In this document: piece by piece, positions 35,001 through 51,400 of the stretch
How the letters are laid out: each line of letters starts with the position of its first letter
Numbering within the stretch: position 1 is the stretch's first letter
Made by a program: the position numbers and the translations under genes
NCBI GenBank assembly: GCA_964016885.1
Contig: OZ024740.1
Span: forward strand, 440,014,001 to 440,078,000
DNA from: Eledone cirrhosa
Taxonomy: Eukaryota
Length of the DNA: 64,000 bases
Direction: 5' to 3'
Notes under the pieces: model-generated
What the model was told of the DNA's origin: nothing
What the model saw: the letters and a program-made list of their open reading frames with translations, nothing else
Database searches by the model: none

Positions 35001-38000
35001 CTATATAATAACACCACAAGTCTGACATCTATATAATAACACAACATGTCTGACATCTATATAATAACACCACAAGTCTGACATCTATATAATAACACCA
35101 CATGTCTGACATCTATATAATAACACCACATGTGTGACATCTATATAATAACACCACATGTCTGACATCAATCTAATAACACCACAAGTCTGACATCTAT
35201 ATAATAACACCACAAGTCTGACATCTATATAATAATACCATATGTCTGACATCTATATAATAACACCACATCTCTGACATCTATATAATAACACCACAAG
35301 TCTGACATCTATATAATAACACCACATGTCTGACATCTATATAATATCACGACAAGTCTGACATTTATATAATAACATCACAAGTCTGACATCTATATAA
35401 TAATACCATATGTCTGACATCTATATAATAACACCACATGTCTGACATCTATATAATAACACCACAAGTCTGACATCTATATAATAACACCACATGTCTG
35501 ACATCTATATAATAACACCACATGTCTGACATATATATAATAACACATGTCTGACATCTATATAATGACAGCACATGTCTGACATCTATATAATAACACC
35601 ACAAGTCTGACATCTATATAATAACACCACAAGTCTGACATCTATACAATAATACCACATGTCTAACATCTATATAATAACACCATATGTCTGACATCTA
35701 TACAATAATACCACATGTCTGACATCTATATAATAACACCACATGTCTGACATCTATATAATAACATCGCATGTGACATCTATATAATAACACCACATGT
35801 CTGACAACTATAAATTAACACCACAAGTCTGACATCTATATAATAACACCACAAGTCTGACATCTATATAATAACAGCACAAGTCTGACATCTATATAAT
35901 AACACCACATGTCTGATATCTATATAACACCACAATTCTGACATCTATATAATAACACCACATGTCTGACATTTATATAATAACACCACATGTCTGACAT
36001 CTATATAATAACACCGCATGTCTGACATCTATATAATAACACCACAAGTCTGACATCTATATAATAACACCACATGTCTGACATCTATATAATAACGCCA
36101 CAAGTCTGACATCTATATAATAACACCACATGTCTGACATCTATATAATAACACCACATGTGTGACATCTATATAATAACACCACATCTCTGACATCAAT
36201 CTAATAATACCACAAGTCTGACATCTATATAATAACACCACAAGTCTGACATCTATATAATAACACCACATGTCTGACATCTATATAATAACACCACAAG
36301 TCTGACATCTATATAATAACACCACATGTCTGACATCTATATAATAACACCACATGTGTGACATCTATATAATAATACCATATGTCTGACATCTATATAA
36401 TAACACCACATCTCTGACATTTATATAATAACACCACAAGTCTGACATCTATATAATAACACCACATGTCTGACATCTATATAATAACACCAGAAGTCTG
36501 ACATCTATGTAATAACACCAGAGGCCTGACATCTATATAATAACACAACATGTCTGACATCTATATAATAACACAAGTCTGACATCTATATAATAACACC
36601 ACAAGTCTGACATCTATACAATAATACCAGATGTCTGACATATATATAACAACACAACATGACTGACATCTATATAATAACACCACATGTCTGACATCTA
36701 TATAATAACACCACAAGTCTTACATCTATATAATAACACCACATGTCTGACATCTATATAATAACACCACATGTCTGACATCTATATAATAACACCTCAA
36801 GTCATACATCTATATAATAACACCACAAGTCTGACATCTATATAATAACACCGCATTGCTGACATCTATATAATAACACCACAAGTCTGACATCTATATA
36901 ATAACACCACATGTCTGACATTTATATAATAACACCACATGTCTGACATATATATAATAACACCACATGTCTGACATCTATATAATAACACCAAAAGTCT
37001 GACATCTATATAATAACACCACAAGTCTGACATCTATACAATAATCCCAGATGTCTGACATATATATAATAACACCAGATGTCTGACATCTATATAATAA
37101 CACGGCATGTGACATCTATATAGTAACACCACATGTCTGACATCTATATAATAACACCACATGTCTGACATCTATATAATAACACCACATGTGTGACATC
37201 TATATAATAACACCACATCTCTGACATCAATCTAATAATACCACAAGTCTGACATCTATATAATAGCACCACAATTCTGACATCTACATAACAACACCAC
37301 ATGTATGACATCTATATAATAACACCACATGTATGACATCTATATAATAACACAACATGTCTGACATCTATATAATAACACCAGATGTCTGACATCTATA
37401 TAATAACACAACATGTCTGACATCTATATAATAACACCACATGTCTGACATCTATATAATAACACCACAAGTCTGACATCTATATAATAACACCACATGT
37501 CTGACATCTATATAATAACACCAGAAGTCTGATATCTATATAATAACACCATAAGTCTGACATCTATACAATAACACCAGATGTCTGACATCTATATAAT
37601 CACACCACATGTGACATCTATATAATAACACCACATGTCTGACATCTATAAATTAACACCACATGTCTTACATCTATATAATAACACCACATGTCTGATA
37701 TCTATATAATAACACCACAATTCTGACATCTATATAATAACACCACATGTCTGACATCTATATAATAACACCACATGTATGACATATATATAATAACACA
37801 TGTCTGACATCTATATAATAACACCAGATGTCTGACATCTATATAATAACACCACATGTGACATCTATATAATAACACCACACGTCTGACATCTATATAA
37901 TAACACCATATGTCTGACATCTATATAATAACACCAGAAGTCTGACATCTATTTAATAACACCACAAGTCTGACATCTATACAATAATATCACATGTCAG

Positions 38001-41000
38001 ACATCTATATAATAACACCAGATGTCTGACATCTATATAATAACACCACATGTGACATATATATAATAACACCACATGTCTGACATCTATATAATAACAC
38101 CACATGTCTGGCATCTATATAATAACACCACATGTCTGACAACTATATAATAACAGCACATGTCTGACATCTATATAATAGCATCACATGTCTGACATCT
38201 ATACAATAACACCACATGTCTGACATCTATATAATAACACCACAAGTCTGACATCTATATAATAACACCACAAGTCTGACATCTATATAATAACACCACA
38301 AGTCTGACATCTATACAATAATACCACATGTCTGACATCTATATAATAACACCACAGGTATGACATCTATATAATAACACCACATGTGACATCTATATAA
38401 TAACACCACATGTCTGACATCTATAAATTAACACCACATGTCTGACATCTATATAATAAGACCACAAGTCTGACATCTATATAATAACACCACATGTCTG
38501 ACATCTATATAATAACATCACAAATCTGACATCTATATAATAACACCACAAGTCTGACATCTATACAATTATACCACATGTCTGACATCTATATAATAAC
38601 ACCAGATGTCTGACATCTATATAATAACACCACATGTGACATCTATATAATAACACCACATGTCTGACATCTATATAATAACACCACAAGTCTGACATCT
38701 ATATAATAATACCATATGTCTGACATCTATATAATAGCACCACATGTCTGACATCTATATAATAACACCACAAGTCTGACCTCTATATAATAACACCACA
38801 TGTCTGACATCTATATAATAACACCACATGTCTGACATCTATATAATAACACCGCATGTCTGACATCTATATAATAACACCACAAGTCTGACATCTAGAC
38901 AATAACACCCATTTCTGACATCTATATAATAACACATCTCTGACATCTATATAATAACACCACATGTCTGACATCTATATAATAACACCACAAGTCTGAC
39001 ATCTATATAATAACACCACAAGTCTGACATCTATACAATAATACCACATGTCTAACATCTATATAATAACACCATATGTCTGACATCTATACAATAATAC
39101 CACATGTCTGACATATATATAATAACACCACATGTCTGACATCTATATAATAACACCACAAGTCTGACATCTATATAATAACACCACAAGTCTGACATCT
39201 ATACAATAATACCACATGTCTAACATATATATAATAACACCATATGTCTGACATCTATACAATAATACCACATGTCTGACATCTATATAATAACACCACA
39301 TGTCTGACATCTATATAATAACACCGCATGTCTGACATCTATATAATAACACCACAAGTATGACATCTATATAATAACACCACATGTCTGATATTTATAT
39401 AATAACACCACATGTCTAACTTCTATATAATAACACCACATGTCTGACATATATATAATAACACCACATGTCTGACATCTATATAATAACACCACAAGTC
39501 TGACATCTATATAATAACACCACAAGTCTGACATCTATACAATAATACCAGATGTCTGACATATATATAATAACACAAGATGTCTGACATCTATATAATA
39601 ACACATGTCTGACATCTATATAATAACACCACAAGTCTGAAATCTATATAATAGCACCACAAGTCTGACATCTATACAATAACACCACAAGTCTGCATCT
39701 ATATAATAACACCATATGACTGACATCTATATAATAACAACACAAGTCTGACATCTATATAATAACACCACATGTCTGACATCTATATAATAACATCACA
39801 AATCTGACATCTATATAATAACACCACAAGTCTGACATCTATACAATTATACCACATGTCTGACATCTATATAATAACACCACATGTCTGACATCTATAT
39901 AATAACACCACAAGTCTGACATCTATATAATAACACCACATGTCTGACATCTATATAATAACACCACATGTGTGACATCTATATAATAACACCACATGTC
40001 TGACATCTATATAATAACACCACAAGTCTGACATCTATATAATAACACCACATGTCTGACATCTATATAATAACACCACATGTCTGACATCTATATAATA
40101 ACACCACAAGTCTGACATCTATATAATAACACCACAAGTCTGACATCTATACAATAATACCACATGTCTAACATCTATATAATAACACCATATGTCTGAC
40201 ATCTATACAATAATACCACATGTCTGACATCTATATAATAACACCACATGTCTGACATCTATATAATAACACCGCATGTCTGACATCTATATAATAACAC
40301 CACAAGTATGACATCTATATAATAACACCACATGTCTGATATTTATATAATAACACCACATGTCTAACTTCTATATAATAACACCACATGTCTGACATAT
40401 ATATAATAACACCACATGTCTGACATCTATATAATAACACCACAAGTCTGACATCTATATAATAACACCACAAGTCTGACATCTATACAATAATACCAGA
40501 TGTCTGACATATATATAATAACACAAGATGTCTGACATCTATATAATAACACATGTCTGACATCTATATAATAACACCACAAGTCTGAAATCTATATAAT
40601 AGCACCACAAGTCTGACATCTATACAATAACACCACAAGTCTGCATCTATATAATAACACCATATGACTGACATCTATATAATAACAACACAAGTCTGAC
40701 ATCTATATAATAACACCACATGTCTGACATCTATATAATAACATCACAAATCTGACATCTATATAATAACACCACAAGTCTGACATCTATACAATTATAC
40801 CACATGTCTGACATCTATATAATAACACCACATGTCTGACATCTATATAATAACACCACAAGTCTGACATCTATATAATAACACCACATGTCTGACATCT
40901 ATATAATAACACCACATGTGTGACATCTATATAATAACACCACATGTCTGACATCTATATAATAACACCACAAGTCTGACATCTATATAATAACACCACA

Positions 41001-44000
41001 TGTGGGACATCTATATAATAACACCACATGTCTGACATCTATATAATAACACCACATGTCTGACATCTATATAATAACACCACATGTCTGACATCTATAT
41101 AATAACACCGCATGTCTGACATCTATATAATAACACCACAAGTCTGACATCTATACAATAACACCCATTTCTGACATCTATATAATAACACATGTCTGAC
41201 ATCTATATAATAACACCACAAGTCTGACATCTATATAATAACACCACATGTCTGACATCTATATAATAACACCGCATGTGACATCTATATAATAACACCA
41301 CATGTCTGACAACTATAAATTAACACCACAAGTCTGACATCTATATAATAACACCACAAGTCTGACATCTATATAATAACAGCACAAGTCTGACATCTAT
41401 ATAATAACACCACATGTCTGATATCTATATAATAACACCACAATTCTGACATCTATATATTAACACCACATGTCTGACATCTATATAATAACACCGCATG
41501 TCTGACATCTATATAATAACACCACAAGTCTGACATCTATATAATAACACAACATGTCTGACATCTATATAATAACACCACAAGTCTGACATCTATATAA
41601 TAACACCACATGTCTGACATCTATATTATAACACCACATGTGTGACATCTATATAATAACACCACATGTCTGACATCAATCTAATAACACCACAAGTCTG
41701 ACATCTATATAATAACACCACAAGTCTGACATCTATATAATAATACCATATGTCTGACATCTATATAATAACACCACATCTCTGACATCTATATAATAAC
41801 ACCACAAGTCTGACATCTATATAATAACACCACATGTCTGACATCTATATAATATCACGACAAGTCTGACATTTATATAATAACATCACAAGTCTGACAT
41901 CTATATAATAATACCATATGTCTGACATCTATATAATAACACCACATGTCTGACATCTATATAATAACACCACAAGTCTGACATCTATATAATAACACCA
42001 CATGTCTGACATCTATATAATAACACCACATGTCTGACATATATATAATAACACATGTCTGACATCTATATAATAACAGCACATGTCTGACATCTATATA
42101 ATAACACCACAAGTCTGACATCTATATAATAACACCACAAGTCTGACATCTATACAATAATACCACATGTCTAACATCTATATAATAACACCATATGTCT
42201 GACATCTATACAATAATACCACATGTCTGACATCTATATAATAACACCACATGTCTGACATCTATATAATAACATCGCATGTGACATCTATATAATAACA
42301 CCACATGTCTGACAACTATAAATTAACACCACAAGTCTGACATCTATATAATAACACCACAAGTCTGACATCTATATAATAACAGCACAAGTCTGACATC
42401 TATATAATAACACCACATGTCTGATATCTATATAACACCACAATTCTGACATCTATATAATAACACCACATGTCTGACATTTATATAATAACACCACATG
42501 TCTGACATCTATATAATAACACCGCATGTCTGACATCTATATAATAACACCACAAGTCTGACATCTATATAATAACACCACATGTCTGACATCTATATAA
42601 TAACGCCACAAGTCTGACATCTATATAATAACACCACATGTCTGACATCTATATAATAACACCACATGTGTGACATCTATATAATAACACCACATCTCTG
42701 ACATCAATCTAATAATACCACAAGTCTGACATCTATATAATAACACCACAAGTCTGACATCTATATAATAACACCACATGTCTGACATCTATATAATAAC
42801 ACCACAAGTCTGACATCTATATAATAACACCACATGTCTGACATCTATATAATAACACCACATGTGTGACATCTATATAATAATACCATATGTCTGACAT
42901 CTATATAATAACACCACATCTCTGACATTTATATAATAACACCACAAGTCTGACATCTATATAATAACACCACATGTCTGACATCTATATAATAACACCA
43001 GAAGTCTGACATCTATGTAATAACACCAGAGGCCTGACATCTATATAATAACACAACATGTCTGACATCTATATAATAACACAAGTCTGACATCTATATA
43101 ATAACACCACAAGTCTGACATCTATACAATAATACCAGATGTCTGACATATATATAACAACACAACATGACTGACATCTATATAATAACACCACATGTCT
43201 GACATCTATATAATAACACCACAAGTCTTACATCTATATAATAACACCACATGTCTGACATCTATATAATAACACCACATGTCTGACATCTATATAATAA
43301 CACCTCAAGTCATACATCTATATAATAACACCACAAGTCTGACATCTATATAATAACACCGCATTGCTGACATCTATATAATAACACCACAAGTCTGACA
43401 TCTATATAATAACACCACATGTCTGACATTTATATAATAACACCACATGTCTGACATATATATAATAACACCACATGTCTGACATCTATATAATAACACC
43501 AAAAGTCTGACATCTATATAATAACACCACAAGTCTGACATCTATACAATAATCCCAGATGTCTGACATATATATAATAACACCAGATGTCTGACATCTA
43601 TATAATAACACGGCATGTGACATCTATATAGTAACACCACATGTCTGACATCTATATAATAACACCACATGTCTGACATCTATATAATAACACCACATGT
43701 GTGACATCTATATAATAACACCACATCTCTGACATCAATCTAATAATACCACAAGTCTGACATCTATATAATAGCACCACAATTCTGACATCTACATAAC
43801 AACACCACATGTATGACATCTATATAATAACACCACATGTATGACATCTATATAATAACACAACATGTCTGACATCTATATAATAACACCAGATGTCTGA
43901 CATCTATATAATAACACAACATGTCTGACATCTATATAATAACACCACATGTCTGACATCTATATAATAACACCACAAGTCTGACATCTATATAATAACA

Positions 44001-45000
44001 CCACATGTCTGACATCTATATAATAACACCAGAAGTCTGATATCTATATAATAACACCATAAGTCTGACATCTATACAATAACACCAGATGTCTGACATC
44101 TATATAATCACACCACATGTGACATCTATATAATAACACCACATGTCTGACATCTATAAATTAACACCACATGTCTTACATCTATATAATAACACCACAT
44201 GTCTGATATCTATATAATAACACCACAATTCTGACATCTATATAATAACACCACATGTCTGACATCTATATAATAACACCACATGTATGACATCTATATA
44301 ATAACACATGTCTGACATCTATATAATAACACCAGATGTCTGACATCTATATAATAACACCACATGTGACATCTATATAATAACACCACACGTCTGACAT
44401 CTATATAATAACACCATATGTCTGACATCTATATAATAACACCAGAAGTCTGACATCTATTTAATAACACCACAAGTCTGACATCTATACAATAATATCA
44501 CATGTCAGACATCTATATAATAACACCAGATGTCTGACATCTATATAATAACACCACATGTGACATATATATAATAACACCACATGTCTGACATCTATAT
44601 AATAACACCACATGTCTGGCATCTATATAATAACACCACATGTCTGACAACTATATAATAACAGCACATGTCTGACATCTATATAATAGCATCACATGTC
44701 TGACATCTATACAATAACACCACATGTCTGACATCTATATAATAACACCACAAGTCTGACATCTATATAATAACACCACAAGTCTGACATCTATATAATA
44801 ACACCACAAGTCTGACATCTATACAATAATACCACATGTCTGACATCTATATAATAACACCACAGGTATGACATCTATATAATAACACCACATGTGACAT
44901 CTATATAATAACACCGCATGTCTGACATCTATAAATTAACACCACATGTCTGACATCTATATAATAAGACCACAAGTCTGACATCTATATAATAACACCA
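32600..45000. repeat. Tandem duplication of a 5,868/6,508-bp block (copy 1 ~32600-38470, copy 2 ~38470-45000)
   Basis: Offset 5868 for CATCACAAAT 32648/38516 and CTAGAC 33027/38895. Offset 6508 for CACCTCAAGTCATAC 36793/43301, CCGCATTGCT 36851/43359, CACGGCATG 37101/43609, AGGTATG 38356/44864 and AAGACC 38458/44966. Confidence 0.88.
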
Positions 45001-45474
45001 CAAGTCTGAAATCTATATAATAACACCACAAATCTGACATCTATATAATAACACCACATGTCTGACATCTATATAATAGCACCACAATTCTGACATCTAT
45101 ATAACGACACCACATGTCTGACATCTATATAATAACACCACATGTATGACATCTATATAATAACACAACATGTCTGACATATATATAATAACCCCAGATG
45201 TCTGACATCTATATAATAACACATGTCTGACATCTATATAATAACACCACAAGTCTGACATCTATATAATAACACCACATGTCTGACATCTATATAATAA
45301 CACCACATGTGACATCTATATAATAACACCGAATGTCTGACATCTATATAACAACACCACATGTCTGACATCTATATAATAACACCACATGTCTGACATC
45401 TATATAATAACACCACAAGTCTGACATCTATATAATAACACCACAAGTCTGAGATCTATACAATAATACCAGAT

Positions 45475-48400
45475 GTCTGACATCTATATAATAACACCAC
45501 ATGTCTGACTTCTATATAATAACACCACATGTCTGACATCTATATAATAACAGCACATGTCTGACATCTATATAATAACACCACAAGTCTGACATCTATA
45601 TAATAACACCACATGTCTGACATCTATATAATAACACCACATGTGACATCTATATAATAACACCACATGTCTGACAACTATATAATAACAGCACATGTCT
45701 GACATCTATATAATAGCATCACATGTCTGACATCTATACAATAACACCACATGTCTGACATCTATATAATAACACGACAAGTCTGACATCTATATAATAA
45801 CACCACAAGTCTGAAATCTATATAATAACACCACAAGTCTGACATCTATACAATAATACCACATGTCTGACATCTATATAATAACACCACAGGTAAGACA
45901 TCTATATAATAACACCACATGTGACATCTATATAATAACATCACATGTCTGACATCTATAAATTAACACCACATGTCTGACATCTATATAATAAGACCAC
46001 AAGTCTGACATCTATATAATAACACCACAAGTCTGACATCTATATAATAACACCACAAATCTGACATCTATATAATAACACCACATGTCTGACATCTATA
46101 TAACAGCACCACAATTCTGACATCTATATAACAACACCACATGTCTGACATCTATATAATAACACCACATGTATGACATCTATATAATAACACAACATGT
46201 CTGACATATATATAATAACCCCAGATGTCTGACATCTATATAATAACACATGTCTGACATCTATATAATAACAGCACATGTCTGACATCTATATAATAAC
46301 ACCACAAGTCTGACATCTATATAATAACACCACATGTCTGACATCTATATAATAACACCACATGTGACATCTATATAATAACACCAAATGTCTGACATCT
46401 ATATAACAACACCACATGTCTGACATCTATATAATAACACCACATGTCTGACATCTATATAATAACACCACAAGTCTGACATCTATATAATAACACCACA
46501 AGTCTGAGATCTATACAATAATACCAGATGTCTGACATCTATATAATAACACCACATGTCTGACTTCTATATAATAACACCACATGTCTGACATCTATAT
46601 AATAACAGCACATGTCTGACATCTATATAATAGCACCACATGTCTAACATCTATACAATAACACCACATGTCTGACATCTATATAATAACAGCACAAGTC
46701 TGACAACTATATAATAATACCACAAGTGTGACATCTATATAATAACACCACATGTCTGATATCTATATAATAACACCACAATTCTGACATCTATATAATA
46801 ACACCACATGTCTGACCTCTATATAATAACACCACATGTATGACATCTATATAATAACACCACATGTTTGACATCTATATAATAACACCGCATGTGACAT
46901 CTATATAATAAAACCACATGTCTGACAACTATGAATTAACACCACATGTCTGACATCTATATAATAACACCACAAGTCTGACATCTATATAATAACACCA
47001 CAAGTCTGAGATCTATATAATAACACCACAAGTCTGACATCTATATAATAACACCACATGTCTGATATCTATATAATAACACCACAATTCTGACATCTAT
47101 ATAATAACACCACATGTCTGACCTCTATATAATAACACCACATGTATGACATCTATATAATAACACAACATGTCTGACATCTATATAATAACACCAGATG
47201 TCTGACATCTATATAATAACACCACATGTCTGACATCTATATAATAACACCACAAGTCTGACATCTATATAATAACACCACATGTCTGACATATATATAA
47301 TAACACCAGAAGTCTGATATCTATATAATAACACCATAAGTCTGACATCTATACAATAATACCACATGTCTGACATCTATATAATAACACCACATGCCTG
47401 ACATATATATAATAACACCACATGTCTGACATCTATATAATAACACCACCTCTCTGACATCTATACAATAATACCACATGTCTGACATCTATATAATAAC
47501 ACCACATGCCTGACATCTATATAATAACACCACATGTCTGACATCTATAAATTAACACCACATTTATCACATCTATATAATGACACCACAAGTCTGACAT
47601 CTATATAATAACACCACAAATCTGACATCTATATAATAACACCACAATTCTGACATCTATATAACAACACCATATGTCTGACATCTATATAATAACCCCA
47701 GATGTCTGACATCTATATAATAACACAACATGTCTGACATCTATATAATAACAGCACATGTCTGACATCTATATAATAACACCACATGTCTGACATCTAT
47801 GTAACAACACCACATGTCTGACATCTATATAATAACACCACAAGTCTGACATCTATATAATAACACCACATGTCTGACATCTTTATAATAACACCACATG
47901 TGACATCTATATAATAACACCAAATTCTGACATCTATATAACAACACCACATGTCTGACATCTATATAATAACACCACATGTCTGACATCTATATATTAA
48001 CACCACATGTCTGCCATCTATATAATAACACCAGTTGTCTGGCATCTATATAATAACACCACAAGTCTGACATCTATACAATAACACAACATGTCTGACA
48101 TCTATATAATTAGACCACAAGTCTGACTTCTATATAATAACACCACATGTCTGACATCTATATAATAACAGCACATGTCTGACATCTATATAATAGCACC
48201 ACATGTCTGATATCTATACAATAACACCACATGTCTGACATCTATATAATAACACCACAAGTCTGACATCTATATAATAACACCACAAGTCTGACATCTA
48301 TACAATAATACCACATGTCTGACATCTATACAATAATAGCACATGTCTGACATCTATACAATAATACCACATGTCTGACATCTATATAATAACACCACAA

Positions 48401-51400
48401 GTCTGACATCTATATAATAACACCACATGTCTGACATCTATATAATAACACCGCATGTGACATCTATATAATAACACCACATGTCTGACAACTATAAATT
48501 AACACCACATGTCTGACATCTATATAATAACACCACAAGTCTGACTTCTATATAATAACATCACAAGTCTGACATCTATATAATAACACCACATGTCTTA
48601 CATCTATATAATAACACCACATGTCTGATATCTATATAATAACACCACAATTCTGACATCTATATAATAACACCACATGTCTGACATCTATATAATAACA
48701 CCACATGTATGACATCTATATAATAACACATGTCTGACATCTATATAATAACACCAGATGTCTGACATCTATATAATAACACCACATGTGACATCTATAT
48801 AATAACACCACACGTCTGACATCTATATAATAACACCATATGTCTGACATCTATATAATAACTCCAGAAGTCTGACATCTATTTAATAACACCACAAGTC
48901 TGACATCTATACAATAATATCACATGTCAGACATCTATATAATAACACCAGATGTCTGACATCTATATAATAACACCACATGTGACATATATATAATAAC
49001 ACCACATGTCTGACATCTATATAATAACACCACATGTCTGGCATCTATATAATAACACCACATGTCTGACAACTATATAATAACAGCACATGTCTGACAT
49101 CTATATAATAGCATCACATGTCTGACATCTATACAATAACACCACATGTCTGACATCTATATAATAACACCACATGTGACATCTATATAATAACACCACA
49201 TGTCTGACATCTATAAATTAACACCACATGTCTGACATCTATATAATAAGACCACAAGTCTGACATCTATATAATAACACCACAAGTCTGAAATCTATAT
49301 AATAACACCACAAATCTGACATCTATATAATAACACCACATGTCTGACATCTATATAATAGCACCACAATTCTGACATCTATATAACAACACCACATGTC
49401 TGACATCTATATAATAACACCACATGTATGACATCTATATAATAACACAACATGTCTGACATATATAATAACCCCAGATGTCTGACATCTATATAATAAC
49501 ACATGTCTGACATCTATATAATAACAGCACATGTCTGACATCTATATAATAACACCACAAGTCTGACATCTATATAATAACACCACATGTCTGACATCTA
49601 TATAATAACACCACATGTGACATCTATATAATAACACCAAATGTCTGACATCTATATAACAACACCACATGTCTGACATCTATATAATAACACCACATGT
49701 CTGACATCTATATAATAACACCACACGTCTGACATCTATATAATAACACCACAAGTCTGAGATCTATACAATAATACCAGATGTCTGACATCTATATAAT
49801 AACACCACATGTCTGACTTCTATATAATAACACCACATGTCTGACATCTATATAATAACAGCACATGTCTGACATCTATATAATAGCACCACATGTCTGA
49901 TATCTATACAATAACACAACATGTCTGACATCTATATAATAACACCAGATGTCTGACATCTATATAATAACACAACATGTCTGACATCTATATAATAACA
50001 CCACATGTCTGACATCTATATAATAACACCACAAGTCTGACATCTATATAATAACACCACATGTCTGACATCTATATAATAACACCAGAAGTCTGATATC
50101 TATATAATAACACCATAAGTCTGACATCTATACAATAATACCACATGTCTGACATCTATATAATAACACCACATGCCTGACATATATATAATAACACCAC
50201 ATGTCTGACATCTATATAATAACACCACCTCTCTGACATCTATACAATAATACCACATGTCTGACATCTATATAATAGCACCACAATTTTGACATCTATA
50301 TAACAACACCATATGTCTGACATCTATATAATAACCCCAGATGTCTGACATCTATATAATAACACAACATGTCTGACATCTATATAATAACAGCACATGT
50401 CTGACATCTATATAATAACACCACATGTCTGACATCTATGTAACAACACCACATGTCTGACATCTATATAATAACACCACAAGTCTGACATCTATATAAT
50501 AACACCACATGTCTGACATCTTTATAATAACACCACATGTGACATCTATATAATAACACCAAATGTCTGACATCTATATAACAACACCACATGTCTGACA
50601 TCTATATAATAACACCACATGTCTGACATCTATATATTAACACCACATGTCTGCCATCTATATAATAACACCAGTTGTCTGGCATCTATATAATAACACC
50701 ACAAGTCTGACATCTATACAATAACACAACATGTCTGACATCTATATAATTAGACCACAAGTCTGACTTCTATATAATAACACCACATGTCTGACATCTA
50801 TATAATAACAGCACATGTCTGACATCTATATAATAGCACCACATGTCTGATATCAATACAATAACACCACATGTCTGACATCTATATAATAACACCACAA
50901 GTCTGACATCTATATAATAACACCACAAGTCTGACATCTATACAATAATACCACATGTCTGACATCTATACAATAATACCACATGTCTGACATCTATACA
51001 ATAATACCACATGTCTGACATCTATATAATAACACCACAAGTCTGACATCTATATAATAACACCACATGTCTGACATCTATATAATAACACCGCATGTGA
51101 CATCTATATAATAACACCACATGTCTGACAACTATAAATTAACACCACATGTCTGACATCTATATAATAACACCACAAGTCTGACTTCTATATAATAACA
51201 TCACAAGTCTGACATCTATATAATAACACCACATGTCTTACATCTATATAATAACACCACATGTCTGATATCTATATAATAACACCACAATTCTGACATC
51301 TATATAATAACACCACATGTCTGACATCTATATAATAACACCACATGTATGACATCTATATAATAACACATGTCTGACATCTATATAATAACACCAGATG

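Noticed and set aside
854-37920. 17 minus-strand ORFs of 61-101 aa with Cys/Tyr-rich repeats (MSDMWCYYIDVRHVVLLYRCQTCGVII)
   Set aside because: A 28-bp monomer cycles through all three frames every 84 bp and normally hits TAG after GVII. ORFs persist only where a variant (CATATAT, CATCAAT, or an indel) removes that stop. The CQTC 'CxxC' is incidental, and there is no unique flank, promoter context or coding signature.
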